DNA of 64,000 bases, from NCBI GenBank assembly GCA_002269645.1, contig NIVC01002497.1:104282-168281 (forward strand), in the 5' to 3' direction. Origin of the DNA: Macrostomum lignano (lineage: Eukaryota). The first letter of the stretch is position 1, and each line of letters starts with the position of its first letter. A program made the translations under genes and the position numbers. Under the pieces are notes generated by a model. That model saw only the letters and a list, made by a program, of their open reading frames with translations, was not told the origin of the DNA and made no database searches. This document shows positions 37,790-51,998 of the stretch, one piece after another.

Positions 37790-40408
37790 CTTGCATATAA
37801 AAAACGAAAACATTTAGGCGTATACTCAAAATGCTATGGGCGATATAAAATATTGAGATGTTTTATAATTGTGATTCCATTTTCACCTTTCTGTCTTTGA
37901 TAACTCTATCTCTACATATATATTTTTCCCTCTCGGGTAGAGCGCTTCTCCTTTCTAGAGATCTTCCTTTGGGAAGGGGTGTCAGCCGAAGGGATGGGCC
38001 CTTGGGCGGCCCCCTACCCCCTCTACATGTATCTAGTGCAAGCTACGCTCGTAACTTTATGCTGCCGGTACGAGTAGAAATTCTGCAAGCAGCTTTCGGC
38101 AAGCAAACTTCCTGCCAATAAAATTCGTAGTCCCCTATCAGCGCCCAGTTGCTAACGGGAGCTAAACAGAAGAATTGACAAAAACCAAGCGAGAAAAGTG
38201 TTTAGCAAAAATTTTAGAAACACTGAAAAACTGCAAAAACGAAGAATAGAGCTGAACACCGTATTTGCGTATGTATTACTTGGAAACAAATTAACTCAAA
38301 ACCGTAGTAGACAACTAACAAAAACTTAAGTATGAGTTATAAAAAGTTAAGCTAATTGAGACAAATGCGTTACATTAAAAGCTTGTTTTTAGAAGCCCCA
38401 GAACTAAGTTTTATTACAACTACATAATTATGGATTAATGAATAAAAAGAACGCAGAGTATGAACAGCTTATTAAGACCGCACCGGTCAAAGTATTGGTA
38501 AAAGTAATGAGTGGAGAATTACAAAAAAACAAAATAAACGAGAGAAAACGCTGGTACAACACAATGCAAATCGACCAGACTTAAAAAAGTACTTAAAGAA
38601 CTCTCAAAGAAATCGACTATATGTAGCTTATGTGTATGAAAACTGCAAAAACAAATGTAATAGAGCTGAGCACCGTTTTTGAGCAATGCAAAGTTGCGTA
38701 TGTATTACTTAAATTTGAAAACAGTAGTAGAAAACTAACAAAAAGTTAAACAGAGTAAAAGGTAAGAAAAGTTAAACAAAATGAAACAAATGCGTCACAT
38801 TAAAAGCTTAATTTCAAGAGCCACCGAACTGAAGGTTTATTAAAACTAAAAAAACATTATAACACCGCACCAGTCAAAGCATTGGTACTAGAATAAAAGT
38901 AATGAGTGGAGAATTACAAAGATTACCGGTTTCATAATGACTTGGAGGTTGCTAAATCAATGAAAAACCGGATGAAAACGAGAAAACGCTGGCACAACAC
39001 AACGCAAATCGAACTGACTTAAAAAGTACTTTAAGAACCTTTCAAAGAACTCAAGCGGCGTACATCGGTAGTACAGCTAAAGAACTCAAAATGTCCAATC
39101 AAATATCTTTGCAGCAGTTCCGCTTGTGCTCCTGATAGCCCTGACAAAAATGTTCCTCCACCAAAAACTCTCCAAAACTTTATCAGTCAATCCAACTGAT
39201 TTCAATCATTCAATCAACTCAAAGCACTCAACTGTCGCGATTGGCTCAGAGGAAGAACAGCCGGTCGCAAATCTGCGGACTCGGCTCCTCCATCAGGTTC
39301 TGGCCGACCAGGTACGCTAGCCTATGAGCGTAGTGACACGGCGCTGGCACGCGAATCGTGCCGGGCCAGTTAAAGTACAGGTGGGTCAGCTTGTACGTCA
39401 GCTGCTGCACCTGGTCAGGCTTGATGTTGGCGTCATTCACGTCCTCAATCATGTTGTAGTGAGTCGGCGTGACCGTGCCCTGGTTCACGTACTGCGACAC
39501 CAGGAAGAAGTCCACGAAGTTCGGCATTGTGATCACGTCGTCCAGCACGGTGCCGGGGGCCGGGTTCCTCAGCTGGCTGCCCTGCTTGCGGAACATGCGA
39601 GAGCTGACCAGCTTCTTCACCACAATGGCCTTGAAGCCGAGGCTGCTCATGCGCTCGCCGTAGATTTTCGACAGCGACTGCTTCAGCTGGAGCAGCTCCG
39701 AGTTCTTCACCTGCAAACGGGAATAACAACATAAATTATAATTTCAATTTCAATCAACTAATTGAGCCAAAACTCACCTCCTCCAGCATAGAGTCGCCCA
39801 CACCGTCGCGGTACAGGATGATCCGGGTAGGCAGGTCGCCGTTCTTCTCTCTGAATTTCTGCAGGGCCAAGTTGAAGCCGACCTCCAGCCTGTTGTGCAG
39901 CTCGGCTTTGCCTCCCTTCACGATGGGCGAGTACGAGTAGTACTGGGTGAAGGTCTCGTTCAGCGAGAACACAATGCCTTGCACCGAGACGCTCTGCCGC
40001 TTGTCGTGATAAGTGTCCATCCCGACGATCATCGTGCGCTTCATCGGGATGCTCACAGCCCAGGCAACGCCGCCCAGCTTGCAGGAGATCTGCAGGGCCA
40101 CCTTTGTGGCAACCGACATCACCTTGGCCGGGTTGCGGATGGTCTTGGTCAGAACGCACTGGCTGGGGACCGGCTTGTTCACGTAGCACAATCGCTTGAT
40201 GGAGTCGTAGCGCTGCTTCTTGTTGCTAGGCAGCAGGCAGAACACCAGGTCCAGGCCTTGGTCGATGTTTTCCTCAATCGTCTTCACCCACAGCTGGTCT
40301 CGGTCCTGCGCCACTGCCAGCACGTAGGGCTCGCCGAACGACATGCCGAGTGACTGCGAAGCCCGACTCAGCTTCTGGCAGAAGTCGGCGGCCGCCTGCT
40401 CGTCTCGC
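37790..40408. repeat. Left arm of a large inverted duplication (partner 59067-61250)
   Basis: The reverse complement aligns by eye to 59067-61250 across piwi exons, one intron, the 3' UTR and the downstream flank. Confidence 0.92.
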
Positions 40409-42112
40409 TGGGAGTACACGAAGATCCAGTTCTTGCAGTTCACCGGCTGAAACATGCCGTTGCCCTTGAGAGCATTGTCCCAGTCAGCGCGCTCAGGGTC
40501 CACCCTGATGGGTTTAGTCATCTGGACAGTCTCCGGAGCCAGCTGGCGGGCGGTGGCCTCCACAGCGTTGGGCGCTACCGCCAGGCCGAACTCTCCCAGC
40601 ACCCGCTGGCACTCCCGGTTTTGGGCCATTGTGCTTGCAAATTTCACCAGCTTGCCGCACCGAGTTGACGGGTCAATCCGAGTGAAGGTGGCCAGGTCCT
40701 TCATCAGGTTTCGGTCGGCCCGCATCTCATCAGTCAGACCGGTCATAAAGCAAACCTCTGGCGGCAGAAGAACGTTCTCAGCCTGCTCTCGGCGGCCTCC
40801 CTTAGTCGGCGGCAGATCTCGCTTGCGCGGCTTCGACATCAGAATCGGCTGCTCACTGTCCGACAAATTGACATTGTACGTCTGGGCGAAGTACTGGGCC
40901 AGCGAAATCTCCTCGCTCTGGCGAGTGCTCTTATTGTACCTGGGGAAGGTCTCAGTTACTCGCTTATCCCATTCGATTGCGTCAATACGGTACGTCTTGT
41001 TGTTGTGCCGCGTGAGCACTATCTGCCCCACCAAGGCGTCGGTGGCTGCGGCTTGGAAATTGCCGGGATTGCGATTGTACATGTCGTACATCACATCCAG
41101 AACCGTGCTCATGTGGATGATCTTGTGCGACACGTCAACATGCAGCATCAGAGGTCCGTCAGACGGCTTGATGGCCATCTCGAAGCCGGGCCACACCTGG
41201 TAAAGGCGATCGAAGAATATTGAGTGGGATTGACAGCTTGAGAACAAATTTCAATTGCAACTAAAGTTAACTGCAACAGCAGAGCAAACCGCTTACCTCC
41301 ATGCGATGCTGTGGAAGCTTCGTCGCTTGGTCGGGGTAATAAAAGTTTCTGCCGACCATTTGCATGTTGAGGTGGCTCTGGGTTTTTCCAAGCACTACGT
41401 TCATCAAGTGCAACCACTGAGGTGTGTTCTTTTCGATGACGCCAACCTGTCTGATGGCCACTTCTCCGCTCCACGACTTGATGCTGGCAGCAAACTTTAC
41501 TCCCTCGGCAGGCGCCAGGGGCTGCTTGGTGTACAGGCAGCCGCCATCGTAAACAAACGGCTTTGGCACCTGCTGGGCATCGTTCAGCAGCTTCTCGCGC
41601 AGCGGCTTCGCGCCCAGCATCGGGCGAAAGTCGGCGGCCAGCTGGTAGGCGCACCATTTGTCCTCGGTGTTGATCCGAACGAAATTCGTCATCACCTGTA
41701 CCGGGGCTCCGCTGCTGCCCTTCTTGCCCGCAGCTCCCTCCGGCCGAACATTCGCCAGCTGGAAGCGCAGCAGCTTTCGTTGTAGGCCGCCTCGGTCGCC
41801 GCTGGCTTCGCCGCCAACTCGCAAGCCGGCCATGCGCTCAGACAGCTGGCCCGGATCTCCGGCCTGCTGCGCAGCACCGCCACGTTCGACAGCGCGGCCA
41901 ACACCGCGTCCAGTATTCTGCTGGTCCCCAGGTGGACCAGCAACACCAGCTTGAGCACTCAGGCCTGGTGGTGGAGCTGGACGAGCAGCAGCGACTGGGG
42001 CAGGGGCTGGAGCTGCTGGAGCTGGGGCGAAGCTGGCGCCAGACGAAACCTCCTCAGGGCGTGGGCCTGAGCGACCTCGGGCACGACCGCGGCCTTTAGG
42101 CTGTTGAGACAT
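39246..42112 (-). CDS. piwi: Piwi-clade Argonaute, 3 coding exons, 899 aa
   Basis: Exons 42112-41297, 41196-39778 and 39710-39246 with phase-0 GT-AG introns. N-terminal GRGRARGRSG (sDMA-type RG motif); PAZ (TYRIDAIEW...FLPPE-like LLPPEVC); MID (RYDSIK, PSQC, CKLGG); catalytic D (VGMD), E, D (YRDG), H (YAHRLA). Confidence 0.96.
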
Positions 42113-45100
42113 GCTGAGTAACTTGGATTGTTGAATAGCATGCAGTAGTGCAAGAAGCATTATAGTGACAACAGAGAAAGCAATTTAAATGACGTCCTAA
42201 ATAGATCTCAGACAAACTCTGGTTTTGGTCGAAAATGATACTTGTCAAGTCAAGTTCATGCCAGTCTCTAATCCCAAAGCTTTTGTTAGATAATTCTCTA
42301 CATGCTACATGCTAAAATTATATACAAAATCTCTATTTATGTAATAGAGGTAGTGATGCTAGCATATAGATTTTTAATGCATTTATAAAATCAATTTTTA
42401 GTGCAAAAATGGTAACATTAATCTATTAATCAGACAAGAATTAATAAAATTAAAAAAGAAATTACTAATGGTTGAAAGATTTATTAAATAAAATAGTTAG
42501 CTATAGTCATAGATGCTAATTATAGCCTTTTTACTGTACTAAGCCATTACTTTCTTGCTGGACTCTGGAAGGTTAAATGTATGCCAGAATTTTTTCAAAC
42601 TTTCAAACCTCTTTCAAACTTTCCATGCACATTTTTGCATACAAATTCATGTCATTTTTTGACATAAATATAAGTATATTAATGTAAAGTTTAGAAAACT
42701 GTGTATACTCTAAAAAAGTCAAAGATATTCTCTTTGTTTTTTATTATTAAAATTATATAAAATCAGTGAAATTATTGCTAAAAACTACAATTATTCATAA
42801 TTGTTTTTTGAGGCATAATTTTATTTTATTTTAAAATGAGAATGTTCATACTTCTAAGAAGACTTTTCTTACAAAAAATTCTTTAAAAAACTCACAAAGA
42901 TAAATTACCTTTTTAAAAGAAATTTTGGTAAACATTTTTGAGAAATTTCTATTTTGGTATATACTAGCATACATTTAGCTAAGATAGGATTCTTATTCTA
43001 CCATACACTATTACACAATCTGGACCCTGGCTTTCTTCCTTTTTGCCATATTGCTACCAAGTTGGAAGGGCCAATGCTAGTTCACATTGGTCAGAGATTT
43101 ATAGCTAATCAAAGAAAAGCATGAAGACAGAGGGGGGCATACATTGTAGAGGTTTATTTGAAAAGTGCAGCAATAAGCCAATCACAAAAAGTGGCATTTT
43201 CCAATAGGGTTGGTATATACTTTGGTATATATATACAATATTGGTATACATAGGCCCAGCATACTATGAACTATGAACATAGATAAATTTAAAAGTGGCA
43301 TATATTTTGGCATAAAATATTAACTATGGCTATGTTTAGCCTAGTTTTTAGGTCTTAAATAATGATCATAAATTATTATAAATGACTGCTTAAATGAAAA
43401 GTATAATTTTATAGAAATATAAAATATAAGTAAATAGACTTAGTCAATATATAGTCAGTTAGTAGGCATGGGGTAGATGCAGATCCAGCAGACCTAGATA
43501 ACTTAAGCAGTCATACAGACTATATCCTATATACTAAAAATGAGTTGTCTGTGGGTATGCGATAGATTTCAGAAAAATTGGCTCAACCGATTTTCTTCAA
43601 ATATAAACTATATAGAAACTTACAATTGTTTATATATATATAATATATAATTGTAAATTTCATATTCTCATATATTTACATATGTATAATTGATTTAAAA
43701 ATATTTTTATCAAGTATACAACATTTTAGTAGGTTATTGAACAACCTAACATTATACTTTAAAAAATATATTAATATAGTGAAATGCTTGTATAAAGAGA
43801 AAATGCTAACATTTGGATAGAATTGTTAAAATACACTGCCAATATATATTTTAGATCTAGATAAAAACAATTGAACACTTTCATTTGGCCAAGATATTAC
43901 TTTACTGAAAAGCACTTTTTTAACAATTCATTTATTAACATGGCTACTTTCCAATGTGAGATGCATTGCAGCATTCTATATTATATAGAATATAATATAG
44001 GACATAGCTGCTAGGTATATGAAATTTGCTTTCCAAAGTCTGATTGCCAAACTTGCTTTGTTGAACTTTTATTTATAGAATTTTGCTTGTGGAAATTTGC
44101 CTGCTTAAGTTTGCTTATTGATCTTTGCTTGTCAAACTTACAAGCAAATGTTGTACTCCCATAGCTGCCATAAGCTCTAATATTATAGGCATAATAGTTT
44201 GGCTGTCTATAAAAATAGCTATTGAATTGAGACTACATTGTACATGGGATAAAACAAGCAATAAATTATTAAATAAGTTTAGTGAGTAGCAATATCCCCT
44301 CTATCTCCTAAGGAGATAAAGCAAAAGCAAGACAAAAACTAAAGGACAGAGTAGAAATAAGTAGGCCTAGGTCATAGATAAGAGCTAGGCTAGGGAATAG
44401 CAAAGTAATCAATTGACATGCTAAAAAAGCCCAGCTAGGCTAGTTATTTGTTGGCCAATATTGCAATATAGATCTAGATAAAATCCCTATTGGAATAAGT
44501 GGTATTTTCGCGGACGGCGTCCGGCGCACTTTTTCTTTTTCCTCATAGTCATGGCGCATGGCGCGCTACGCGCGCCATGCGCCATGACGCACAGCAGCTC
44601 ACAGGTAAGATGCAAGGAGGACATCACGCGCTACATACAGCGCTGCTGAACAAGGATGAGAAGCATGCACAGGAGAAAGTCAGCAGCACGGTGGAAATTC
44701 AGCAAACTGTAAGTAAAACTTGTAAACTTGTAAACGCGCACTGGCGCACAGTGGCGCACAACGGCGCATACCAGAGGACACCGGCGCATGGCGGCGCGGC
44801 GCGGCGGGTGCCGCGCCACATGCAGCGTTACCCTTGTGGCGATCCCATGTAACGATGTAAGTCGTTACTTGTTACAGTACACTATTCACTGTTCTATCTA
44901 ATGTAACACTGCATTCTACCAAAAAATAAAAAATAAAATAAAATATTTTCCTTTTCCTTTTTACCTTTGTTTTTGCCATTTGCTTACTTTTTATGTTTGT
45001 TTTGTTTTAAAAATTAGAAATTTAATTAAAAATCTCAATTTCTCATAATATAATATAGATAGCCCGTAACCGTCCCGTATATTGGCGCACAAAAATTTTT

Positions 45101-45326
45101 GCTATGTTGTAAAAAAAGGTCTTTTATTGTCGCAAGGCAGGTAGTGGCGGGCGCACAACGGCGCACACGAGGGTTTTTGTGTCGGCGCACGGCGCACAAT
45201 TTTGGGAGAGGCCAAAATTTGTTCCGGCGCACACTCTGCCACCTTCCTGACTATGGCGTCCATACCACCTTAGGATTTGAAGATTGTCATGACGCACCGT
45301 CCAGGCCACTTTATGATTGCCATGGC

Positions 45327-48300
45327 CAGGGGCGTAGCGAGGGGGGTATCGGTGTATCGGCCGATACCCCCAAATTTCCAAAGCAAAAATTTTTTTATTT
45401 ACTTTTTTTAGTTGCAAGTGACCGTTAAGGAAGAGAAAGGTATCCGAATTGATAGAATAACAATTAACAAACGAATAGAGTGATTATATGTAATAGTATC
45501 ATTAATAGCTTGTATGCATTAGAAATACATTAAGGCCTAAGGGGATGTGTGGATCTCAAGTCATTTCATTGCTTTCTTTGTACTCGTATAACTTGGTCCT
45601 TGGACAACTATCAACTATCAACTCATTCTCCCAACCGACCAACCAACTATTAAGGGGTGAGGGGGGTGAGTGGATAACCGAGGGGTGGCCGGGTGGGACT
45701 GGGGCGTGGCCCGTGGGCAGTCTGCCAGCTGAGCCAGTGGAATCAGTGATGAACGATGGGGTGGGTTGCCTGGCCAGTTTTCGCTGCAAAATGCATTAGC
45801 TTCTGAATTGTTTGAAAGAAGTCTGTCTTGAATTAACTAGAAATTAAAATTCAGGGGCCAGGGGGTGAAGGGTATATTATGTACAGAGGAGAGAACTAGA
45901 ACTAGAAGGAAAGAAGGAGGAACTAAATAGGCATGTACATTAAGAAAGACTAAGATGAGCATCTACGTCTGCCTGCTGACCCCACCATCCTGAGAAGACT
46001 ATAAAAAGGGGAAGGAATAAGGAAAGAATTAACTATAACCTCGCCTCCTCCAAGCCGTTTATTCTAAGGCCGTAAAGCCGTTTATTCTAAATCTAAGGCA
46101 GATTTTTTTATTTCTGGACTGCTACTAAAGTCTGCAAAAGAGTTCATGTGGAATTCAAAATGAGCAAGCGAAAATCTCATGGTCATGATATCCGCTCATT
46201 ATTTGAGAACTTAAAGCGGTCCCGCCCTAACCCTGATCCTGCGCTACTGTCTACGCCTAGTTCTAGCACTACACAGCCAGATTCATCTATTGTGTCTTGT
46301 GACACTGCTACTGGCAGTTTGCCCGACTTGGCTACTCCGAATTCAGTTCCAACAGCTCCCGAGCAACAACTGCAAGCTACTATTACTTCTTCAAGTCAGT
46401 TTGACGAGTCTGATCTCCAACATCAAGCAGATGAAGCAGCTGCTGAGACTGAGATCAATGTCAATGACATCGGCTATGCTGTTGAGCTTCGTCGCGATGG
46501 AAAGCTGGATACAGCTACTCGACTGCGATTCCTTAAGGACTGTTGGGTGCCCCCACAAGGGTACTCATTCCCGTTCACGCTTAAATCTGATAAGGGCAAT
46601 GTCCACAAGCGCTACTTGTCTCACCAACATCTAACTGGTCGCAACGCATGCTTTGCGTATTCTGCTAAGCTCGGCGGCGTATTTTGCAAGTAAGTTAGAA
46701 GTTAATGTGAGTTTATTGATGTATTGCTAAATTGTACTCTTGACATCTGGATCTGGTCTTGAGGTACATGTATGGACCACAGATACTAGAACAACTCTAG
46801 TATCTAGTATCTAGTATCTAGTGTTCTAGTATCTGTGGTATGGACTTAATGCTCACTCCTACCATTCTAACCATTTCTTTCTCCTTTAGGTATTGCGTTT
46901 TATTTCTTCCGACCAACTTTGCCATCCATGGACAAACAGTCGATGCCTTTGTGGGAACTCCATGCACTAAGTTCGATGTCATCACAACAAAGCTGAAGAA
47001 ACATTTGCAATGTGACTACCACAGAAGTGACTCTGTGATCAAAGCCGATGCCCTGCTATCTGGAACGAATGTTGGCCACATGCTGGATGTCAGTCGCGCA
47101 AAGCTAGTGAAGGAAAATAGGGAAAGACTAAAACATGTAATTGAACCAATTGAATTTCTCGCTCGCTGTGGTCTGGCTTTTCGAGGACATCGTGACTGTG
47201 GACCTATAAAAGTTCATCCAGATGGAACTATTGACTATGATAAAGGGAACTTCGTCGCGCTTCTGCAGCTTCTCGCAAAACATGATCCTATTCTACGTGA
47301 ACACATTTGCACTGGACCATCAAATGCCAAATACACTTCCAGTGAATCACAGAATGAAATAATTCAGGCTCTGTCTGATGTTATCACCCAAGATTTAGTA
47401 AAAAAAATCAACAAAGCAGGCTACTTTGCGCTGCTTGCAGATGAGACTACGGATTCTTCGCACAAAGAACAGATGTCCATCTGTGTTAGGTACCTCGACA
47501 TCAGTGATGGAAGTGTAGCTATTCACAAAGAGTTCATATACTTTGTTCACGTTGAAGATTTGACTGGTATCGGGCTTGCAACAAAGCTTCTCGAGACGCT
47601 CGATTCTCTCCATATTACAGCACAACTTGTTGCTCAAGGCTATGATGGAGCTTCAGCCATGTCTGGCAAGTTCAATGGCGTTCAGGCAGTGATTCGCGAG
47701 CAGCTGGGAAGAAAACTAGCAATCTATGTGCACTGTGCTGCGCATAATCTAAACCTGTCCCTGCAGGATGCTTGTAAGCTAGATTCAGTTCGTGCCGCTA
47801 TTACTGCTGTTAATACAGTCACAGTCTTCATTCGTTCATCACCGCAAAGAACAGCTCTGCTTGAAAAAAAAATGAAAGAGCTGGTTCCGGAGTCATCTGT
47901 GCATCAACTTCTACAGCACTGCAAGACCAGATGGGTTGAGAAGCAGGAGGCTTTCATCCGATTCAACCTGCTCTTCCCAGCAATCATTGAAACTCTAGAG
48001 AAGATCAGCACATGGGGAGGAGAGGCAGGCAGCAATGCTCGAAACAACCTCAAACTTTTGCTAGACAGCGAATATGTTATTGCAGGCCACATCATCGATG
48101 CCGTTCTCACCATCACCAAGCCATTATCAGAGAAATTGCAGTGTGTAGATCTCGATCTTGTTGATTGTGTCAATGAAATTAAGGCTGTCATCGATGTTCT
48201 TCGAGATCTCCGCTCTGATGATGGCCATGTCCGTTACAATAAGATATTCGATTCTGCTGAGAAAGCACTCGGCGAGCCACTACAAAAGCCTCGAACCAGT

Positions 48301-49432
48301 GCCAGGTGTCGACAGAAGCATCGTGCCAACCCCGATGTCTCCACGGCACGTGATTACTTCCGCATAGCAATGTACAATCCATTCCTGGATGGGATAATTG
48401 CTACTCTTGAGGAGCGCTTCAGTTCTCATGCGCAGCTTGCATTCCAGATGGCACGACTGCTTCCTCAGAGTGTTGTTGACGAAAGTTTTGACAGCGTGAA
48501 GAAATCGATAGAAATTTACATCGGACAGTTACGAGGATTAAGCTTTGTGGACGACATCGAGGCTGAATTCTTGCTATGGAAAAAGCGCTGGCAGAATGTC
48601 GATCAAAAGGACAGACCGCGAAGTGTGCTCGAGACGTTGGTAAATTCAGCTGTTAGCCTCCAGAGCTTTCCTAACATCCGGCTTCTACTACAAGTTCTGG
48701 CGACGATTCCCGTCACCACTGCAACTGCTGAGCGATCATTCAGTCAGCTTCGTCCACTGAAGTCGTACCTACGTTCTACAATGGGACAGGAGCGACTGAC
48801 AGGATTGGCCCAGCTTCTAATCCACAAGGACATGAAGCTGGACATTGATAAAGTTATCGATCAGTTCGTACAGAATGGGTCTCGTAGAATTGATCTGTAA
48901 GTACAAAGTTAAACTTTTAGACAGCAAGTTTTGATAGGCCTAGATTGAGTATGCGTAACATACATAACTAATCACAATACGAGTAGAAGATTACATGTAC
49001 ATTAAATGTAATAATATAGGAACAAAAACCAAACTAATACAATAAGAGCTTGCGCATACTATTATATTCTCTATTAATCAAAATGCTATAAGTGAGCTAT
49101 ACTTAGTATTCTACATTTCTACTTCTTGTATTGTCCCATATGATGTAAATGTGAAATTTGCTCTTTGATATTGAATAAATAAAATCAATATGGAAGGTTG
49201 GTCACTGCGTTATTTGCTTGGAAAAGTGTTGGTGATTTGATAGAAGTTGAAATAATTTCGTTTTTTCTTGCTTTACGAATATGAATTACGAGTATATACG
49301 CATATACAAATATGTACACTAAAAGTCGTTTCATGAATTAAGCCAAGCCGGAAAAATGCACATGTAATGAGTGAAAGTAGACTGATAACAGCTAACCGAT
49401 ACCCCCAAAAAAAAATCCTGGCTACGCCCCTG
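45327..49432 (+). mobile_element. hAT DNA transposon, 4106 bp, apparently complete
   Basis: TIRs CAGGGGCGTAGCSAGG; perfect 8-bp TSD GCCATGGC at 45319-45326 and 49433-49440; internal transposase gene. Confidence 0.95.
46160..48900 (+). CDS. hAT transposase, 2 exons, 846 aa (TTF-type Zn finger, DDE core, C-terminal dimerisation domain; ZMYM1/THAP12-like)
   Basis: Exons 46160-46689 and 46890-48900 join as GVFCK|YCVLF. Motifs LADETTD, GYDGAS, CAAHNLNL, TRW, AERSFS. No stops or frameshifts. Confidence 0.9.
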
Positions 49433-51998
49433 GCCATGGCGTACTAGATGCACTGTCCACAGTGTCTGAAAACTTATTCCAATAGGGGATAAAATGATTG
49501 AATTAAGGGTCAAACAGGATCTTAGCAATCTTTCAATTTCCTAGGTCTACTCTAAATTATTTAAACCCTTTTTTGAACTTTTTAGAGTCCAACAAACTCA
49601 TAGAGTTCTTGCAAAAATTCACAGAGTTCTATATAGGGTAGGCCTAGTAGTATGTTATCTAGTAGAGAATATAACCAAAATGCTAATGGGGATGGGGGAA
49701 AGCTTGATACCACATAAACTTTTATAAGTATGTTTTAAACAAATTATCACTGGTTCTGTGCATAGCTTAAAAGTGGCTTTGCAGTTGCCCCACATTCCCT
49801 CTATAGTATTTGTATAAGCTGCTAGGTTGTTGGGGTCTCGAATTATGCAATGAATAGTTGACTAATGTGTTATAGGTAGCCTATTGGTCTAGGGTTCAAA
49901 TAATTTAGAGTGGGAAACCAAATGATTGCCTAAGATCTCAATCTTGATCTCAAGTATTAAGATCTTAGCACTTTTCTAAATCTCAATCTTTAAGATCTAA
50001 AAGTTTTAAGATCAAGTTACTCAATATTATATAATTGTTTTTCACCTATTATTAGATCTATCATTGACATTATATATATATATATAACAGATTTAACAAA
50101 TAACAATATTAGCACTATTAGGCCCTTATTAGATAGAATAGTAGGCCTTTAAATACTAAATAGGCTATTCAGTGCTAATTAGACTAGGCTTATCTTGAAT
50201 CACAAAAGTATAATCTTGAGTCTTGAAAATCTTGAAAATGTGATATTGTCCAACCCAACCCAGGCTGCCAGGCAACCCCTAGACTCAAGTCTAAATGACT
50301 AGGTCTAAGTTTGGATCTTAGAGCAAAAATTGGGACTAGGCGGCTAGGCCTAGGGCATTGGGATAGATTTTGAGTCTGAGTTTTAGGGAATCAGGGCATC
50401 GGGGTATTTTTGGTCTTAAATGGGCCTATATTCTGGGGCATGCATCTGCATGCTATGATCCTAACTATGGGCCATGGGGCATATCTGCATATATAATCTT
50501 ATATTCTTTATCTGTAGATATTATAGGCCTAATGGATTACGAGTATAATATAGCACTGTACATTTCTTAGGGCCTATACGCCGTATGGATTTTAAGTGTA
50601 TAAATATACTCAACAATTAGTCACGTGCTGCTAGTGCCATGCCATCCAGCATTCTCTAGGCCTACTTTATGCAAGTCGACATTTTTTGCACTCAAGATTA
50701 TTAAAAATCGATGCATTTTTCTACGCAAGGCATGCGCGGGGACGGGTGGTACTTTTGACAGTTGTACTAGGTGTAGATAATTGCATAACTCGACGAGCCA
50801 ATTAGGGCTTATACAACACAAGTACAACATTGTCATTGGGTTCATAAACGAGAGACGTCCGAGTGCGTGCCAAACGATTTCCGATAAAATAGTCAGAACA
50901 TTTTGCATTAAATACTTAAAACAAATATATCGTTACTTAGTAAAAGGAAGAATCAATTAAGGAATTTAGATTCCACTACTGTTTTTTTATTGTTTTATAC
51001 AAGCATTTACGAAGTTCATAATTAGGGCAATCACAATGAATTTTGATTCTCTTTTTCAATGATTGATGCCTACTAGAAGTAGTAGTTAGGGTGGATACGG
51101 GGATGTATCCCCCATTTTGATTATTTATTGAAAACGAAAATGAGGTTTTCTTGAAAAAAGCAAAATAAAACGGCTTAGACTTAGCAAAATTGCCAAAAAT
51201 TAAATTACTCGTAAATTACTAATAAAAAGTTTTAAACGATATTTCCGCAAACCCCTATAGTTCCTAAAATGCCCTAGAGGCTCTTCATATTGCTTGTTCT
51301 GGTTCTAGAACCAGAACCATTTTGTAAAGTATAACTTTTTGTCTCATAAACTAGAGGGATATTAGTGCTTCAAAATTGTGATTATTGAATGGCAAAAGCC
51401 AAGAAGAAAGTGAAAAATTCTGCAAAGTGAGGCTGTTAAGGCATTTAAACATTCAACAAAGTTAAATAGTTATACTGTTTTTTTCTTGGAAATCCGAACC
51501 GATTCTGGTTCTCGAATCGATTGCCGTGAAGAGGCTCCTAGTCAGGACGTCTGCCAGCTTTATTCTGATTTTAACAAAGTAAAGTGTTTTTAGCCTAATA
51601 AACATGATTTTGATACTTTTTAAATGCATATTGTAAGCAAAAATTGAAAAAAAAACTATTTTATTAGTCTATAAAACCATGCTTTAGTGCCAGTCTGACA
51701 ATCCAGTTGTTTTATATTATATATCATCATTGGCTCGGCGCATTGGTCTTATGAATCTATTTTTATCATTCGATCTTAGCTGACTGTGTAACAAATTTGT
51801 GTAGCAGATATGATAAAATAGATTCATAATTATAAAACCTAAGAGCAAGCTGTACCACGAATTTTTATGATTTGTACGCACAAGGAAAGTCACGTAGAAT
51901 AAAAAATAACATACAATGTAGGATTCAAATTTTCTGAACGAAAAGCTTTATGAATATCAATGCAGAATTTTAGTGCAGAAAAAAATTAAAACTTCCTA

